Assembly: GCA_046754465.1 (NCBI GenBank)
Contig: JBHHVU010000008.1
Coordinates: forward strand, 17,214-81,213
Reading direction: 5' to 3'
Length of the DNA: 64,000 nt
DNA from: Nitrospinaceae bacterium
GTDB taxonomy: Bacteria; Nitrospinota; Nitrospinia; Nitrospinales; VA-1
Each line of letters begins with the position of its first letter. The first letter of the stretch is position 1. The position numbers and the translations under genes are program-made. The notes beneath the pieces are model-generated. The model was not told where the DNA came from and did not search any database. It saw nothing but the letters and a program-made list of their open reading frames with translations. Positions 47,517 through 56,705 of the stretch are shown in pieces.

Positions 47517-48845
47517 TCAGGGAACCCGGCGGTCCAATGGGTTTCCCCGCTCCCGGGGGGCTGGGGACAGGGGGAAAACTTCACTGTAAGTCTCCAAAAA
47601 GGTTTGCGCGGTTTTTTCCCAAGAGTAATGGTTTTCCACGAGTTCCCTTCCGTTGCGGGTCAATTCGTTTCTCAAGGCGGGGTTTTCCGACAGGAGCAAG
47701 ATTTTCCCGGCGAGGGATTCCGGTTTTCTCTGCGGGACAAGCAGGCCGGTCCGGCAGTCCCGGACCACGCCGGAGACGCCCCCGACGTCGGAAGCCACAA
47801 CCGCCGTCCGCGAAGCCATGGCTTCCAGAAAGACCACGCCCTGGCCTTCGGTATCGCCTTCCTCGGTGACCACCGAGGGTCCGATGAAAATATCCGCCGT
47901 GGCGAAAAATTCTGCCAGTTCCACCCCGAACCGGCTTCCCGGGAAAAGGACCGACTGCGTGAGATTGAGCCGACGCACCAGCCGGCCCAACTCGTCCGCG
48001 CAGGGGCCGAATCCGATCAGGACCAGTTTGGCGCGGGGACGTTTTTTCAGGATCAGCGGCATGGCCTGGATGAGGTACTGGAACCCTTTTTTCTCCGCGA
48101 ACCGGCCCACCCCCAGCAGAAACAGGTCCTCAATATCCAGTTGAATCCTGATCTCCGGATTGTATCGGTCCGGATGAAACAGGGTGGTGTCCACCCCCAT
48201 GGGGATGAGTTTGAGGGGCACCTTTTCGCCCAGGCTCTCGACCGCTTTCCGGGTGGAGACGCTGTTGACGGTGCACAGGCGGGCCCGCTTCAGGGCAAAG
48301 TTCCTGAGCCGGTTCATCAGGGAATGATTCCGGAAAGAAAAAACGTCTCCCCCGTGGGCGGTTAAGATATAGGGAACGCGGCTCCAAACATTAAAGAGTG
48401 CGGTGAAAAATCCTTGCGGGATGAGCCAGTGGCAGTGAATGAAGTTGATTTGCAGGCGGCGGGCCGTCCGGCACAGGAAATAGAATTGCGCCAGGAGGAA
48501 AAAGGGAAGCTGCAGGCGGGCCAGGCAACTGCTGTTCAGCTTGGGCAGGATGCCGCCGTCATAACAAAGCCTTTGCCAGCATTTGGGGAAGAAATAGGGA
48601 AACCGGATGATCCGGACCCCATCCATTTCCTCGTACGTCCTGGCGCCGGGCGCGCCGGGGACGAGGACCCATAAAGAAACCTTTTTCGCCAGGTGTTTGG
48701 TGAGGTCGTGAACAAACCGGGGTTCCCGGTCGTTTTCCCGGCGGGGAAAGGTGGTGGCCAGCACCAGGACGCGAAGCTTTTTCAGCCGATGCGTTTCCCC
48801 GGTGGCCGGGGCGGCTGGTTGTTCCGCGGTGGTCCGCATGTCCAT
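47517..48845 (-). CDS. GT4 family glycosyltransferase
   Basis: GT-B signature near the C-terminus (EGQGVVFLEAMASRTAVVASDVGGVSGVV..G.TGLLV). ATG 48845 shares one base with the upstream TGA (TGATG). Confidence 0.85.
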   Translation of the reverse strand: MDMRTTAEQPAAPATGETHRLKKLRVLVLATTFPRRENDREPRFVHDLTKHLAKKVSLWVLVPGAPGARTYEEMDGVRIIRFPYFFPKCWQRLCYDGGILPKLNSSCLARLQLPFFLLAQFYFLCRTARRLQINFIHCHWLIPQGFFTALFNVWSRVPYILTAHGGDVFSFRNHSLMNRLRNFALKRARLCTVNSVSTRKAVESLGEKVPLKLIPMGVDTTLFHPDRYNPEIRIQLDIEDLFLLGVGRFAEKKGFQYLIQAMPLILKKRPRAKLVLIGFGPCADELGRLVRRLNLTQSVLFPGSRFGVELAEFFATADIFIGPSVVTEEGDTEGQGVVFLEAMASRTAVVASDVGGVSGVVRDCRTGLLVPQRKPESLAGKILLLSENPALRNELTRNGRELVENHYSWEKTAQTFLETYSEVFPLSPAPRERGNPLDRRVP

Positions 48846-49792
48846 CAATCCTTCGATTGGAGTTCTCCTTTTTTAATCCGGACCTGGATGTCCTCCAGGA
48901 GTTGGCGATTGATCGCGATCAATTCCGCCGCGATTCCCATCATGATGATCTGGAATCCGACGATCAGCAGAATGGCCGAAAGGATGAGGGATTGAACGTG
49001 TCCCTCGGTCCGTCCCTGAAAGAAAAAATAAAGGTACCGGCAGCCGATGCCGAATCCGGTCAGGAAAGACAACCCCCCCGCGATGGTGAACACCTTCAGC
49101 GGCTTGTACATGGAATAGACCTTGATGATCGTGACCAGCGTGCGTTGCAGGTAACAGCGGATGTTGGGAAACAGCCGGGATTCCCTCAGCTTTTTATGGG
49201 TCCGCACCGGGACATGGGCGATGGCCAGGTTTTTTTTGCCCGCGCTAATGATCGTCTCCACGGTATAAGTGAAATCGGAGACCACGTTGATTTGCAGGGC
49301 GGCTTCCCGGGAATAGGCGCGAAATCCGCTGGTGGCGTCGGGAACCTGGGTGCCGGAAAGCTGGCGCACGGCCCAGCTCCCCATTTTTTGCAAGAGGATT
49401 TTGAAAGGTGAGAAATGCCGGATGGTTTCCACCCGGCGGTCGCCGATCACGATGTCGGCCTTGCCTTCGAGGATGGGACCGATCAATTTTGCGATGTCCC
49501 CGCCGTGATACTGATTATCGGCATCGGTATTGACGATGATGTCCGCCCCCAGTTTCAGGGCATGGTTGATGCCGAAGCTGAAGGCCTTCGCCAGCCCTTT
49601 ATGGTTGGTGAGCCGGAGAACGTGGTTGACCCCCTGTTCGCGGGCGACCGTAGCCGTCCGGTCCGTGCTCCCGTCATCGATCACCAGGGTCTCAATGACG
49701 TCGATGCCCTCGATGGATTGGGGCAAATCCTTGAGGGTGGCCGGCAGGGTGGCTTCCTCGTTCAGGCAGGGGATCTGGATGATGAGCTTCAT
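48845..49792 (-). CDS. GT2 glycosyltransferase, polyprenol-phosphate sugar synthase-like (ArnC/DPM1-type with C-terminal TM helices)
   Basis: LIIQIPCLNEE...LVIDDGSTDRT...NTDADNQY, plus two C-terminal hydrophobic helices. Confidence 0.8.
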   Translation of the reverse strand: MKLIIQIPCLNEEATLPATLKDLPQSIEGIDVIETLVIDDGSTDRTATVAREQGVNHVLRLTNHKGLAKAFSFGINHALKLGADIIVNTDADNQYHGGDIAKLIGPILEGKADIVIGDRRVETIRHFSPFKILLQKMGSWAVRQLSGTQVPDATSGFRAYSREAALQINVVSDFTYTVETIISAGKKNLAIAHVPVRTHKKLRESRLFPNIRCYLQRTLVTIIKVYSMYKPLKVFTIAGGLSFLTGFGIGCRYLYFFFQGRTEGHVQSLILSAILLIVGFQIIMMGIAAELIAINRQLLEDIQVRIKKGELQSKD

Positions 49793-49819
49793 GCGGGCAA
49801 TCCATTCATTTATAAAGGT

Positions 49820-51478
49820 TCAAGAAGGGCTGTCACCGAGTTGATATATGACCACCTTATCGGCAAAACGCGGAGATTGGAAAAGGTGCAACTGGATATC
49901 GTAGGAATTGTTGATGCGCCAGGCCGGAACGTTCAATCGAATTTTCCTGTAGGGGTGCGAGTGAAGAATTTTTCTCAGCTTGAGAGTGACGGGGGAAGGG
50001 GGATCTTCCCGCTCGAGATACAGGTGGTCGCCTCGAAGAACGATCCAGTCCGGTTTGTCCCTATCGCTCAGTTCCTCGTTCGGGATCAGTTTCATCCCGG
50101 TATGGAACGCCAGGGATTCCGGTTCGTTATCAATATAACACGTAGCACGGGGAGTTCTATGAGTAATGAAAAACTCCACGATTCCGTCCAGGGGTCCCCG
50201 GTAGGGATGGGTGATCTCATACAAATGACGGTAATAAACCGAAGTGAACCGGATTTCCCTCATGAAGGTTTGATGCGCGTACCGGAGGTACCCGCTTTTT
50301 TCGATCCATTCCGGGCGCGGAGACAAAAGGTGTTTCACCGGCAGAAGGGGGCCCACGTGAACCCAATTGGTCACAACGAGGCATGCCGCCAAGGCCGAAC
50401 GGACCCAGCACCCTCCCCCGACGCAATCGGTGAGGGTTATCGCGAGTAAAATATAGAGCATGGGCAAAGCCGCGGCAACGTATTGCTGGAGGGGAATCGA
50501 GTGCAAGGAGGAAACTGTGAAAATGGACACACTGCAGATCATCAGGAGCCGTACATATTTCCGCAGGTTCCGGGGAGACTTCAGCCACAGGAAGGGCAAA
50601 AGTATGAAGGGAAAAATGTAGTTGTTGGCCTGGAACAGATAACCCGCGAAGTGCTTGAAAAATCCCGTTGCGGAGGAATCGATCAGTCCGCTGGTCGAAT
50701 GGTAGAACTCGGAGATTCTGGAAAACACGGGGACGATCACCGCCAACCAGGGGAGAGTGAACAGGGCGATGACGATTCCCGAAATCCAGACCTTGCGGAA
50801 ATTCTCCCTGGCGATGTTTTCCCGGTGCCATAAAAAATGGATGAGGATTCCCACAATGATCCCCGCGGACTCCACATACATGGTATGAAAAAACAGGATC
50901 GCCGTCAGGGTGAAGGGGACGGGATTCCAGTTCTTTTTCTCTAGGATTTGCGTGTAAAAGAACAGCAGGAGCAGGGTCAGTAAAACAGGGAGGGCGACAT
51001 ACCTTGCCGTGCGGAAATAAAGCAGGGCGGGAACCGACGAGGCCAGAAGGAAGGCGGAGAGGAAGGCGGTGGATGTCTTTTGGGTCCATTTCAGGGTCAG
51101 GAAATACTGGGCGGCCACGGAAACCATGCCCGCCAGGGCGAAAGGCAGGCGCGCCGCGAAGGAAGTTGCCCCCAGAAAACCCAGGGACAGCGCCTGCAAA
51201 TAATAAGGAACCCAGGTCCGGTATACGAAGAGGCCGCCATAAATATCCGCGTAGGGCATGGTGGAATTGATCCCGTCGGAATGGTGCGGCAGTCCGTACT
51301 TGAGAATGGTCGAGGCCACGAAAGTGTCGGCGCCCTCATCCACCTGTAGGACACTGTCCCCAAGGCCCAGGAAAATCAAAAGACCGGAGTAGGGAATCAG
51401 GAACCACAACGCGGGATGGGTTTTCAGGGCATTTATCAAGTTAGCCACGATACGGGACAGGATAACAGGCCGGGGCAA
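49820..51478 (-). CDS. GT-C-type membrane glycosyltransferase (ArnT/PMT_2-like)
   Basis: 552 aa, polytopic, with a first-loop acidic motif LQVDEGADTF. It lies directly upstream of an ArnC-like GT2. Start is uncertain (TTG 51478). Confidence 0.55.
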   Translation of the reverse strand: MPRPVILSRIVANLINALKTHPALWFLIPYSGLLIFLGLGDSVLQVDEGADTFVASTILKYGLPHHSDGINSTMPYADIYGGLFVYRTWVPYYLQALSLGFLGATSFAARLPFALAGMVSVAAQYFLTLKWTQKTSTAFLSAFLLASSVPALLYFRTARYVALPVLLTLLLLFFYTQILEKKNWNPVPFTLTAILFFHTMYVESAGIIVGILIHFLWHRENIARENFRKVWISGIVIALFTLPWLAVIVPVFSRISEFYHSTSGLIDSSATGFFKHFAGYLFQANNYIFPFILLPFLWLKSPRNLRKYVRLLMICSVSIFTVSSLHSIPLQQYVAAALPMLYILLAITLTDCVGGGCWVRSALAACLVVTNWVHVGPLLPVKHLLSPRPEWIEKSGYLRYAHQTFMREIRFTSVYYRHLYEITHPYRGPLDGIVEFFITHRTPRATCYIDNEPESLAFHTGMKLIPNEELSDRDKPDWIVLRGDHLYLEREDPPSPVTLKLRKILHSHPYRKIRLNVPAWRINNSYDIQLHLFQSPRFADKVVIYQLGDSPS

Positions 51479-51591
51479 GAGAATCGTAAAGCGGTCGTAT
51501 TATACCCGATCCCGGACCTGTGTGATATGATTCGGACAGCAATTTAAGGGGCTGACGGCACCCGATTTTTTCTAACCATCCAGATCCTGTT

Positions 51592-52335
51592 TTGAACTCC
51601 CAGACTCCCAACATTTCCGTGATTGTTCTGGCGTACCGGAGCGCGGAAACCATCGCCTCCTTTGTGGAGTCCCTGGTCCATCTTCTGGAGGCGCGGGAAC
51701 CGGATTGGGAAATCGTTCTTGTCGGTAATTATGTTCAGGGCGCCGGGGATAAAACCCCGGACGTGGTGCGAGCCCTGGCCGAAAAGGATCCCCGCATTTG
51801 CGCGGTCATCCGGGTGAAAGAGGGCATGATGGGATGGGATATGAAAACCGGCCTGGCGGCGGCCCGGGGAAGGACCCTGGCGGTGATCGACGGGGACGGC
51901 CAAATGCCGGCGGAGGATATCATCCGCGTGTACCAGTTACTCAAAAAGGAGAATCTCGCCCTGGCCAAGACTTACAGGGTCCAACGCGATGATGGGCCGT
52001 ACCGGAAATTCATTTCCGTGATTTACAATGCCATTTTTCGGATGCTGTTTCCCGGGTTGAATTGCCGGGACATCAATTCCAAACCCAAGATCCTGACCCG
52101 CGAAGCCTATGAGCGGCTGGACCTGAAATCGGACGGATGGTTCATCGATGCGGAGATCATGATTCAGGCCCGGCGGGAGAAGTTCAAGACCGGGGAAATC
52201 CAGACCGTGTTTCACAACCTGGATTCCCGTCCGTCCTTTGTAAAACCCTCTTCCATCCTGGAGTTTCTTGCCAACTTGATCTGGCATCGCCTTCTGGAGT
52301 TTTGGCCGGGAAAGAAGAACAGAAAAAAACAATAA
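51592..52335 (+). CDS. GT2 family glycosyltransferase
   Basis: ISVIVLAYRSAETI...VIDGDGQMP (DxD). Confidence 0.8.
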   Translation: MNSQTPNISVIVLAYRSAETIASFVESLVHLLEAREPDWEIVLVGNYVQGAGDKTPDVVRALAEKDPRICAVIRVKEGMMGWDMKTGLAAARGRTLAVIDGDGQMPAEDIIRVYQLLKKENLALAKTYRVQRDDGPYRKFISVIYNAIFRMLFPGLNCRDINSKPKILTREAYERLDLKSDGWFIDAEIMIQARREKFKTGEIQTVFHNLDSRPSFVKPSSILEFLANLIWHRLLEFWPGKKNRKKQ

Positions 52336-52421
52336 TCCCGGCCAGGGGGCGGGGGGTCTTCTCTTAACGTTCCGGAGGGGATACCCGATTGTTAACGGTT
52401 TCTTTATTTCCTACCCTATCC

Positions 52422-53297
52422 ATGAATATACTGGTAACCGGCGCCTCGGGAGGCTTCGGAAAAATACTGATTCCCCGATTGATCGAGGACAAAAATTTCA
52501 GGATCCGGGCGCTGGTTCACCGCGCCCCCTCTTCCGTCAAAGATTGTGAATCGGTGACTGGAGATTTGAACGATATCGGCTCATTGGAAGGCGCTGCCAG
52601 GGGAATGGATACGGTGGTCCATCTGGCGGCCCTTACCCATGCCCGCCGGGAAGAAGATTATACCCGGGTGAACGCGGAAGGAACCCTAAACCTGCTCCAG
52701 GCCAGTCGCCGGACGGGGATAAAACGCTTCATCTACGTCAGCTCGGGGGCGGCCCATCCCCGGGGAGGGGCTTATTCCGAAAGCAAGTTCCGGGCGGAAC
52801 AATATGTCAGGGAATCGGGACTGTCCTGGGTCATCCTGCGGCCGCGGGAGATCTACGGCCCCGGTTTTAGGGAGGGGATCCAGCAATTGATCCGCTGGGT
52901 CCGGAAATCCCCATTCATCCCGGTGATAGGAACGGGCCGTTATCCGATGAGCCCGGTTTTCGTGGATGACGTGATTGCCGCCACCGTGGCGGCTATCGGC
53001 CGCGATGACTTGGAGGGAAAGACCTTCGTTTTGGGGGGTCCAGAAGTGATGAGTTTCTCGGAGTTGATCGACCGGTTGGGCAGGTATTATGGCGCGAGGC
53101 CGGTCAAACTATTCGTCCCGGCCGGACTGGTCCGGACGACGGTGGATTTTCTCGCCCTGTTTAACGTGAATGTGTTGACCCGGGATCAAATCTCCAGGCT
53201 GATGTGCGACAAACCCGTGGAACTGGATTCTCCCGTGGGGTGGATCGATTACCACCCGCGTTCTTTGGAGGAGGGATTGAGCCGGTGCGGGGATTGA
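52422..53297 (+). CDS. NAD(P)-binding epimerase/NmrA-like protein
   Basis: MNILVTGASGGFGK Rossmann motif and YSESKFRAEQ (YxxxK). ATG 52422 is chosen. Confidence 0.75.
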   Translation: MNILVTGASGGFGKILIPRLIEDKNFRIRALVHRAPSSVKDCESVTGDLNDIGSLEGAARGMDTVVHLAALTHARREEDYTRVNAEGTLNLLQASRRTGIKRFIYVSSGAAHPRGGAYSESKFRAEQYVRESGLSWVILRPREIYGPGFREGIQQLIRWVRKSPFIPVIGTGRYPMSPVFVDDVIAATVAAIGRDDLEGKTFVLGGPEVMSFSELIDRLGRYYGARPVKLFVPAGLVRTTVDFLALFNVNVLTRDQISRLMCDKPVELDSPVGWIDYHPRSLEEGLSRCGD

Positions 53298-53346
53298 GCG
53301 TCGGCGTTCTTTTTTTCCCGCCTCCCGTCCCCTCCCCATACCCGCT

Positions 53347-54066
53347 CTATTTTTGAGCCGGGGGGTGGGGCTCCCCTTCCTGATTTTCTCCCATGATAAG
53401 GTATTGCCCTCCCAGGGGGAGCCATTCCAAAAAAGGTTCCAGGGGAATTAGAAATCGCAGGCTGTTGGGGAAAAAGGTGGTGAATAGCAGTTGAACCCGC
53501 GCCAGGGGGATCTCCCGGAACATCCGCTTGATTTTTCCCGGCGGGATCAGCACTGCGTCCTCATCGAACGGGCATTGATGGACGATCCATCGGGTGAAAG
53601 GATTCAACGGATTGTGTTCCCAGAGGATGAGTTTCCCCCTCCCGGTAAGCAGGTCGCTCAGTTCCTTAAGAATTTTTTTATGGCGGGGGGGTGGAATATG
53701 ATGAAACACGCAGGAGGCGAAAATGATATCGAACCGGGATTGTTTCCAGCCCGCCGAGTGAATTTCAAAAAACGCGTTGGAATTGGGAAACTTGGATTGT
53801 GCCTGGCGGACCATTTCATCGGAAAGGTCGGTTCCCACATAAGAGGCCGTGGGGAAATAATCATGAAAATGTTCGTACAGGTTGCCGGTTCCGCACCCGA
53901 AATCCAGGAAGTTCGCCGGTGCGTGGGCGAGGCCGGGAAAGAGTTTCCGCAACTTTTCCAATTTTGCGGTGACGAAATGCCCGGTATCGAATCCGGTCAC
54001 CCCCACCGCCTCATCCACCAGGGAGTTGTACTTTTTTGAGTATTGATCGAATTCAGGTTTCCCCAT
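53347..54066 (-). CDS. class I SAM-dependent methyltransferase
   Basis: Motif I FLDFGCGTGNL, then DIIFASCVFHH. Confidence 0.8.
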   Translation of the reverse strand: MGKPEFDQYSKKYNSLVDEAVGVTGFDTGHFVTAKLEKLRKLFPGLAHAPANFLDFGCGTGNLYEHFHDYFPTASYVGTDLSDEMVRQAQSKFPNSNAFFEIHSAGWKQSRFDIIFASCVFHHIPPPRHKKILKELSDLLTGRGKLILWEHNPLNPFTRWIVHQCPFDEDAVLIPPGKIKRMFREIPLARVQLLFTTFFPNSLRFLIPLEPFLEWLPLGGQYLIMGENQEGEPHPPAQK

Positions 54067-54072
54067 AAGCGA

Positions 54073-55208
54073 TTAAAGGGAACGGTAAAGTTCCAGGTAC
54101 TGTTGCATGACGTGGTCCCAGCCGAATTTTTTCCGGACGCATTGGCTGATATTTTCACCCATCTCCCGCCGGGTGTTGGCATCGCGAAGCCGTTCGATCC
54201 GGTCACGAATCGCCTCGGGGTCGCCGGGAACGAGAAACCCCGTTTCTCCGTCGCGTACAATTTCCCGGGCGACTCCCACCCGAGTGGCGATGATGGGCAG
54301 TCCGTGCGCGGCGGCTTCTAGAATGGGCTGGGCGAAATTTTCGTAACGCGAAGGGTAAACGAAAATATCCGCCTCATTATAATGCATGGGAAGCTCGCCG
54401 GGAGGTTTGGGACCGGTAAAAGTGACCTTGCTGGCGATGCCCAGGTCCGCGCACAGATTTTTCAATTCATTCAGGTAACCCGGTTTCGCCAAGCTGCTGG
54501 TCTCCTCTTCCCCCCCCACGAGGGTGACGTGAAAGGGAACGGAGAGTTTTTCCACCGCTCGCAATAGCAGCTCCACCCGGCGGACACGCGCCAACCGCCC
54601 GAGGAAAAGAATTTTTAACGAATTCCCTTCTTTTTTTGCCGCGCCGGGAGGAGGTTCCTCCACATCGATTCCCATGGGAATGATGCGCAGTTTTTCCCGG
54701 CGGATGCCGAACTCCACCGCGTCTTCATATTCCAGTTCGGAAGACACCACCACCGCGTCCGCTTTTCGGGCCGCGAGGCCCAGCGTCACTAAATCGTACA
54801 TCCGGTAGGGGATGCGTTGAAAGACGGAAGGGAGATATTTTTTATACCCCAAAAGGGATCCGTGGGTGTTCAGGATGAAGGGTTTGTTCTTCAGGAAGGA
54901 AAAAAAAAACCGCAATCGGTCTGGAAATTGCGGTAGTTGTGACTGTGGAGGATATCAAAATCCCCGAAGTGCCTCCACATGCCCAGGCTGATGCAATAAC
55001 GCATCACCCGCAACTGGATGGGAAACCGGGTGACGGTCACGCGGCCCAGCGTCTCTTGCCGGGGCAGCCCGGGGCTGACATCGCAATAGGTGGTCAATAC
55101 GGGGGAGGAGACCCCCAAGGCCTCGAGACGGCCGGATATCTGGAAGGCCTGGTTGGCGGGACCGCAGATATGGGGGAAAAACGTTTCGATGGTCCTAATG
55201 ACTTTCAA
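54073..55208 (-). pseudogene. GT4 glycosyltransferase interrupted by a frameshift in a T10 homopolymer
   Basis: The N-terminal ORF (55208..54891) ends ...DCGFFFPS*. The C-terminal ORF resumes in another frame as ...FFFSFLKNKPFILNTHGS and carries the GT-B C-terminal signature (ILEAAAHGLPIIATRVG). The junction is the A10 run at 54900-54909, and an 11th T would fuse them into about 378 aa. Confidence 0.8.
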
Positions 55209-55603
55209 AATTTTTCCAGGCGTGGTGAACTTGGGCTCCGAGATTGTTTGTCCATCAATTGTTCCAGGGACCTTTTTTCATAGTCCAGAATGCCGACGTG
55301 CTGGGTCAGCATCCGTACCTGATTGGTCAGGGCGGAAATTCTTATGGAAAAATGCAGGCAGATGACCATGAGAAAGATCAATCCCGAAAAAAACAGTGTC
55401 GAGGTAAACAAGGTGGCCCCCACCAAGTCGGAAATCCATACCAGCAAATCCTCGGAAATGGACAGCAGGAGCATCAGGGTGCCGGTGACGAGCCAGCCCA
55501 TCGAATATTCTTCGCTGAGGTGTTTGCGCCTCACCAACTCGAAGACATAGGCGACCAGGAAAATACAGATGAGGATGGCGATAATTCGTATTCTGGGCGG
55601 CAT
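55205..55603 (-). CDS. DUF2304 family small membrane protein
   Basis: 132 aa with an N-terminal RIIAILICIFLVAYVFELVRRKHLSEEYS pattern. It shows the typical pairing directly downstream of a GT2 gene. Confidence 0.7.
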   Translation of the reverse strand: MPPRIRIIAILICIFLVAYVFELVRRKHLSEEYSMGWLVTGTLMLLLSISEDLLVWISDLVGATLFTSTLFFSGLIFLMVICLHFSIRISALTNQVRMLTQHVGILDYEKRSLEQLMDKQSRSPSSPRLEKF

Positions 55604-55608
55604 GGCAG

Positions 55609-56436
55609 TTATCCCCGGGGTTTTTGCCTCAAAAGGGTGACGATGATCGATAAAAGCATCTTGAACACGTAATAAACGGTCTTGTGTCCATGGTGCATGG
55701 ACTTGTTGTCCGGGCTGGGGCGCATGGTCACCGGGATTTCACGGATTTTGAATCCGCTCCTGTGCAGCATGATGAGGAAATCGGCGTCCGGGAAGTCGGG
55801 GGGATAGTTGTCACCTGCCACGAAGGAGATGGCCCGCCCCTTCAACGCCTGGAATCCCGATGTGGGGTCTGTGACCTTTTGATGGCAAAAAAGCGAGGCC
55901 AATTGGCCGAAAATGAACATCCCCAAATGTTTGGGAAGGGAGGTCCGGTATTTGCCCTGGCCCAGGAAACGGGACCCGATGACCACGTCCAGGTCGCTTT
56001 TGTGAATTTCCTGAAGCAGATCGATGATGTGCTTGGGATCGTGCTGGCCGTCCGCATCCATTTGGACCACGATGGAGTAATTGTTTTTCATGGCATACAT
56101 GAAACCCGTCTGCAGGGCCACCCCGTATCCGGAATTGAAGGGGAGGGAAATGACGCGGGCCTGGTGGTCCCGGGCCACCCGGGCGGTGCCGTCGCTGGAG
56201 CCGTCGTTGACCACCAAAACGGGGATACCCGGGGTGGTGAGGTGGATTCCCTCCAAAACCGCGCCGAGATTTCTTTCCTCGTTGAAGGCGGGAATGACGA
56301 TGAGAGTTTTCCTGGTTCCCGGAAAAGGTAAAGGGGGACGGGAGGAAATAGACGCAATCCGCGCTTCCTGCGCCAGACTAACGACCGGCTTGGGGTATTG
56401 GACAGGCTGGGACTTTTTGCGTTGTAAAATGTTCAA
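55609..56436 (-). CDS. GT2 family glycosyltransferase (polyprenol-phosphate sugar synthase-like)
   Basis: LIVIPAFNEE...LVVNDGSSDGT...VQMDADGQHDP. Start is uncertain (TTG 56436). Confidence 0.85.
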   Translation of the reverse strand: MNILQRKKSQPVQYPKPVVSLAQEARIASISSRPPLPFPGTRKTLIVIPAFNEERNLGAVLEGIHLTTPGIPVLVVNDGSSDGTARVARDHQARVISLPFNSGYGVALQTGFMYAMKNNYSIVVQMDADGQHDPKHIIDLLQEIHKSDLDVVIGSRFLGQGKYRTSLPKHLGMFIFGQLASLFCHQKVTDPTSGFQALKGRAISFVAGDNYPPDFPDADFLIMLHRSGFKIREIPVTMRPSPDNKSMHHGHKTVYYVFKMLLSIIVTLLRQKPRG

Positions 56437-56705
56437 TGGTTTCGGCGTCTTTCAACAAAAATCCATGTGGGACTCCAACCCCTGCGGACCGAGAGCGGTC
56501 CGCCCCGGATCCGGGGCGGGATCCACGGGGTGAGTCCTGTGAGGACCTCTGCGCGGGATATTTGATCCAAGAACATGAACCCTCCTTTAAGATTCGGTTT
56601 TTATTAACATAAACTTGAATTGGAAATGCCGATTTGTCCTGTTTTAGCCAAAATAAATGAAAAAAATGAGCCGGGAACCCTGGAAGGGCTTTTGAGAATG
56701 GGAGG

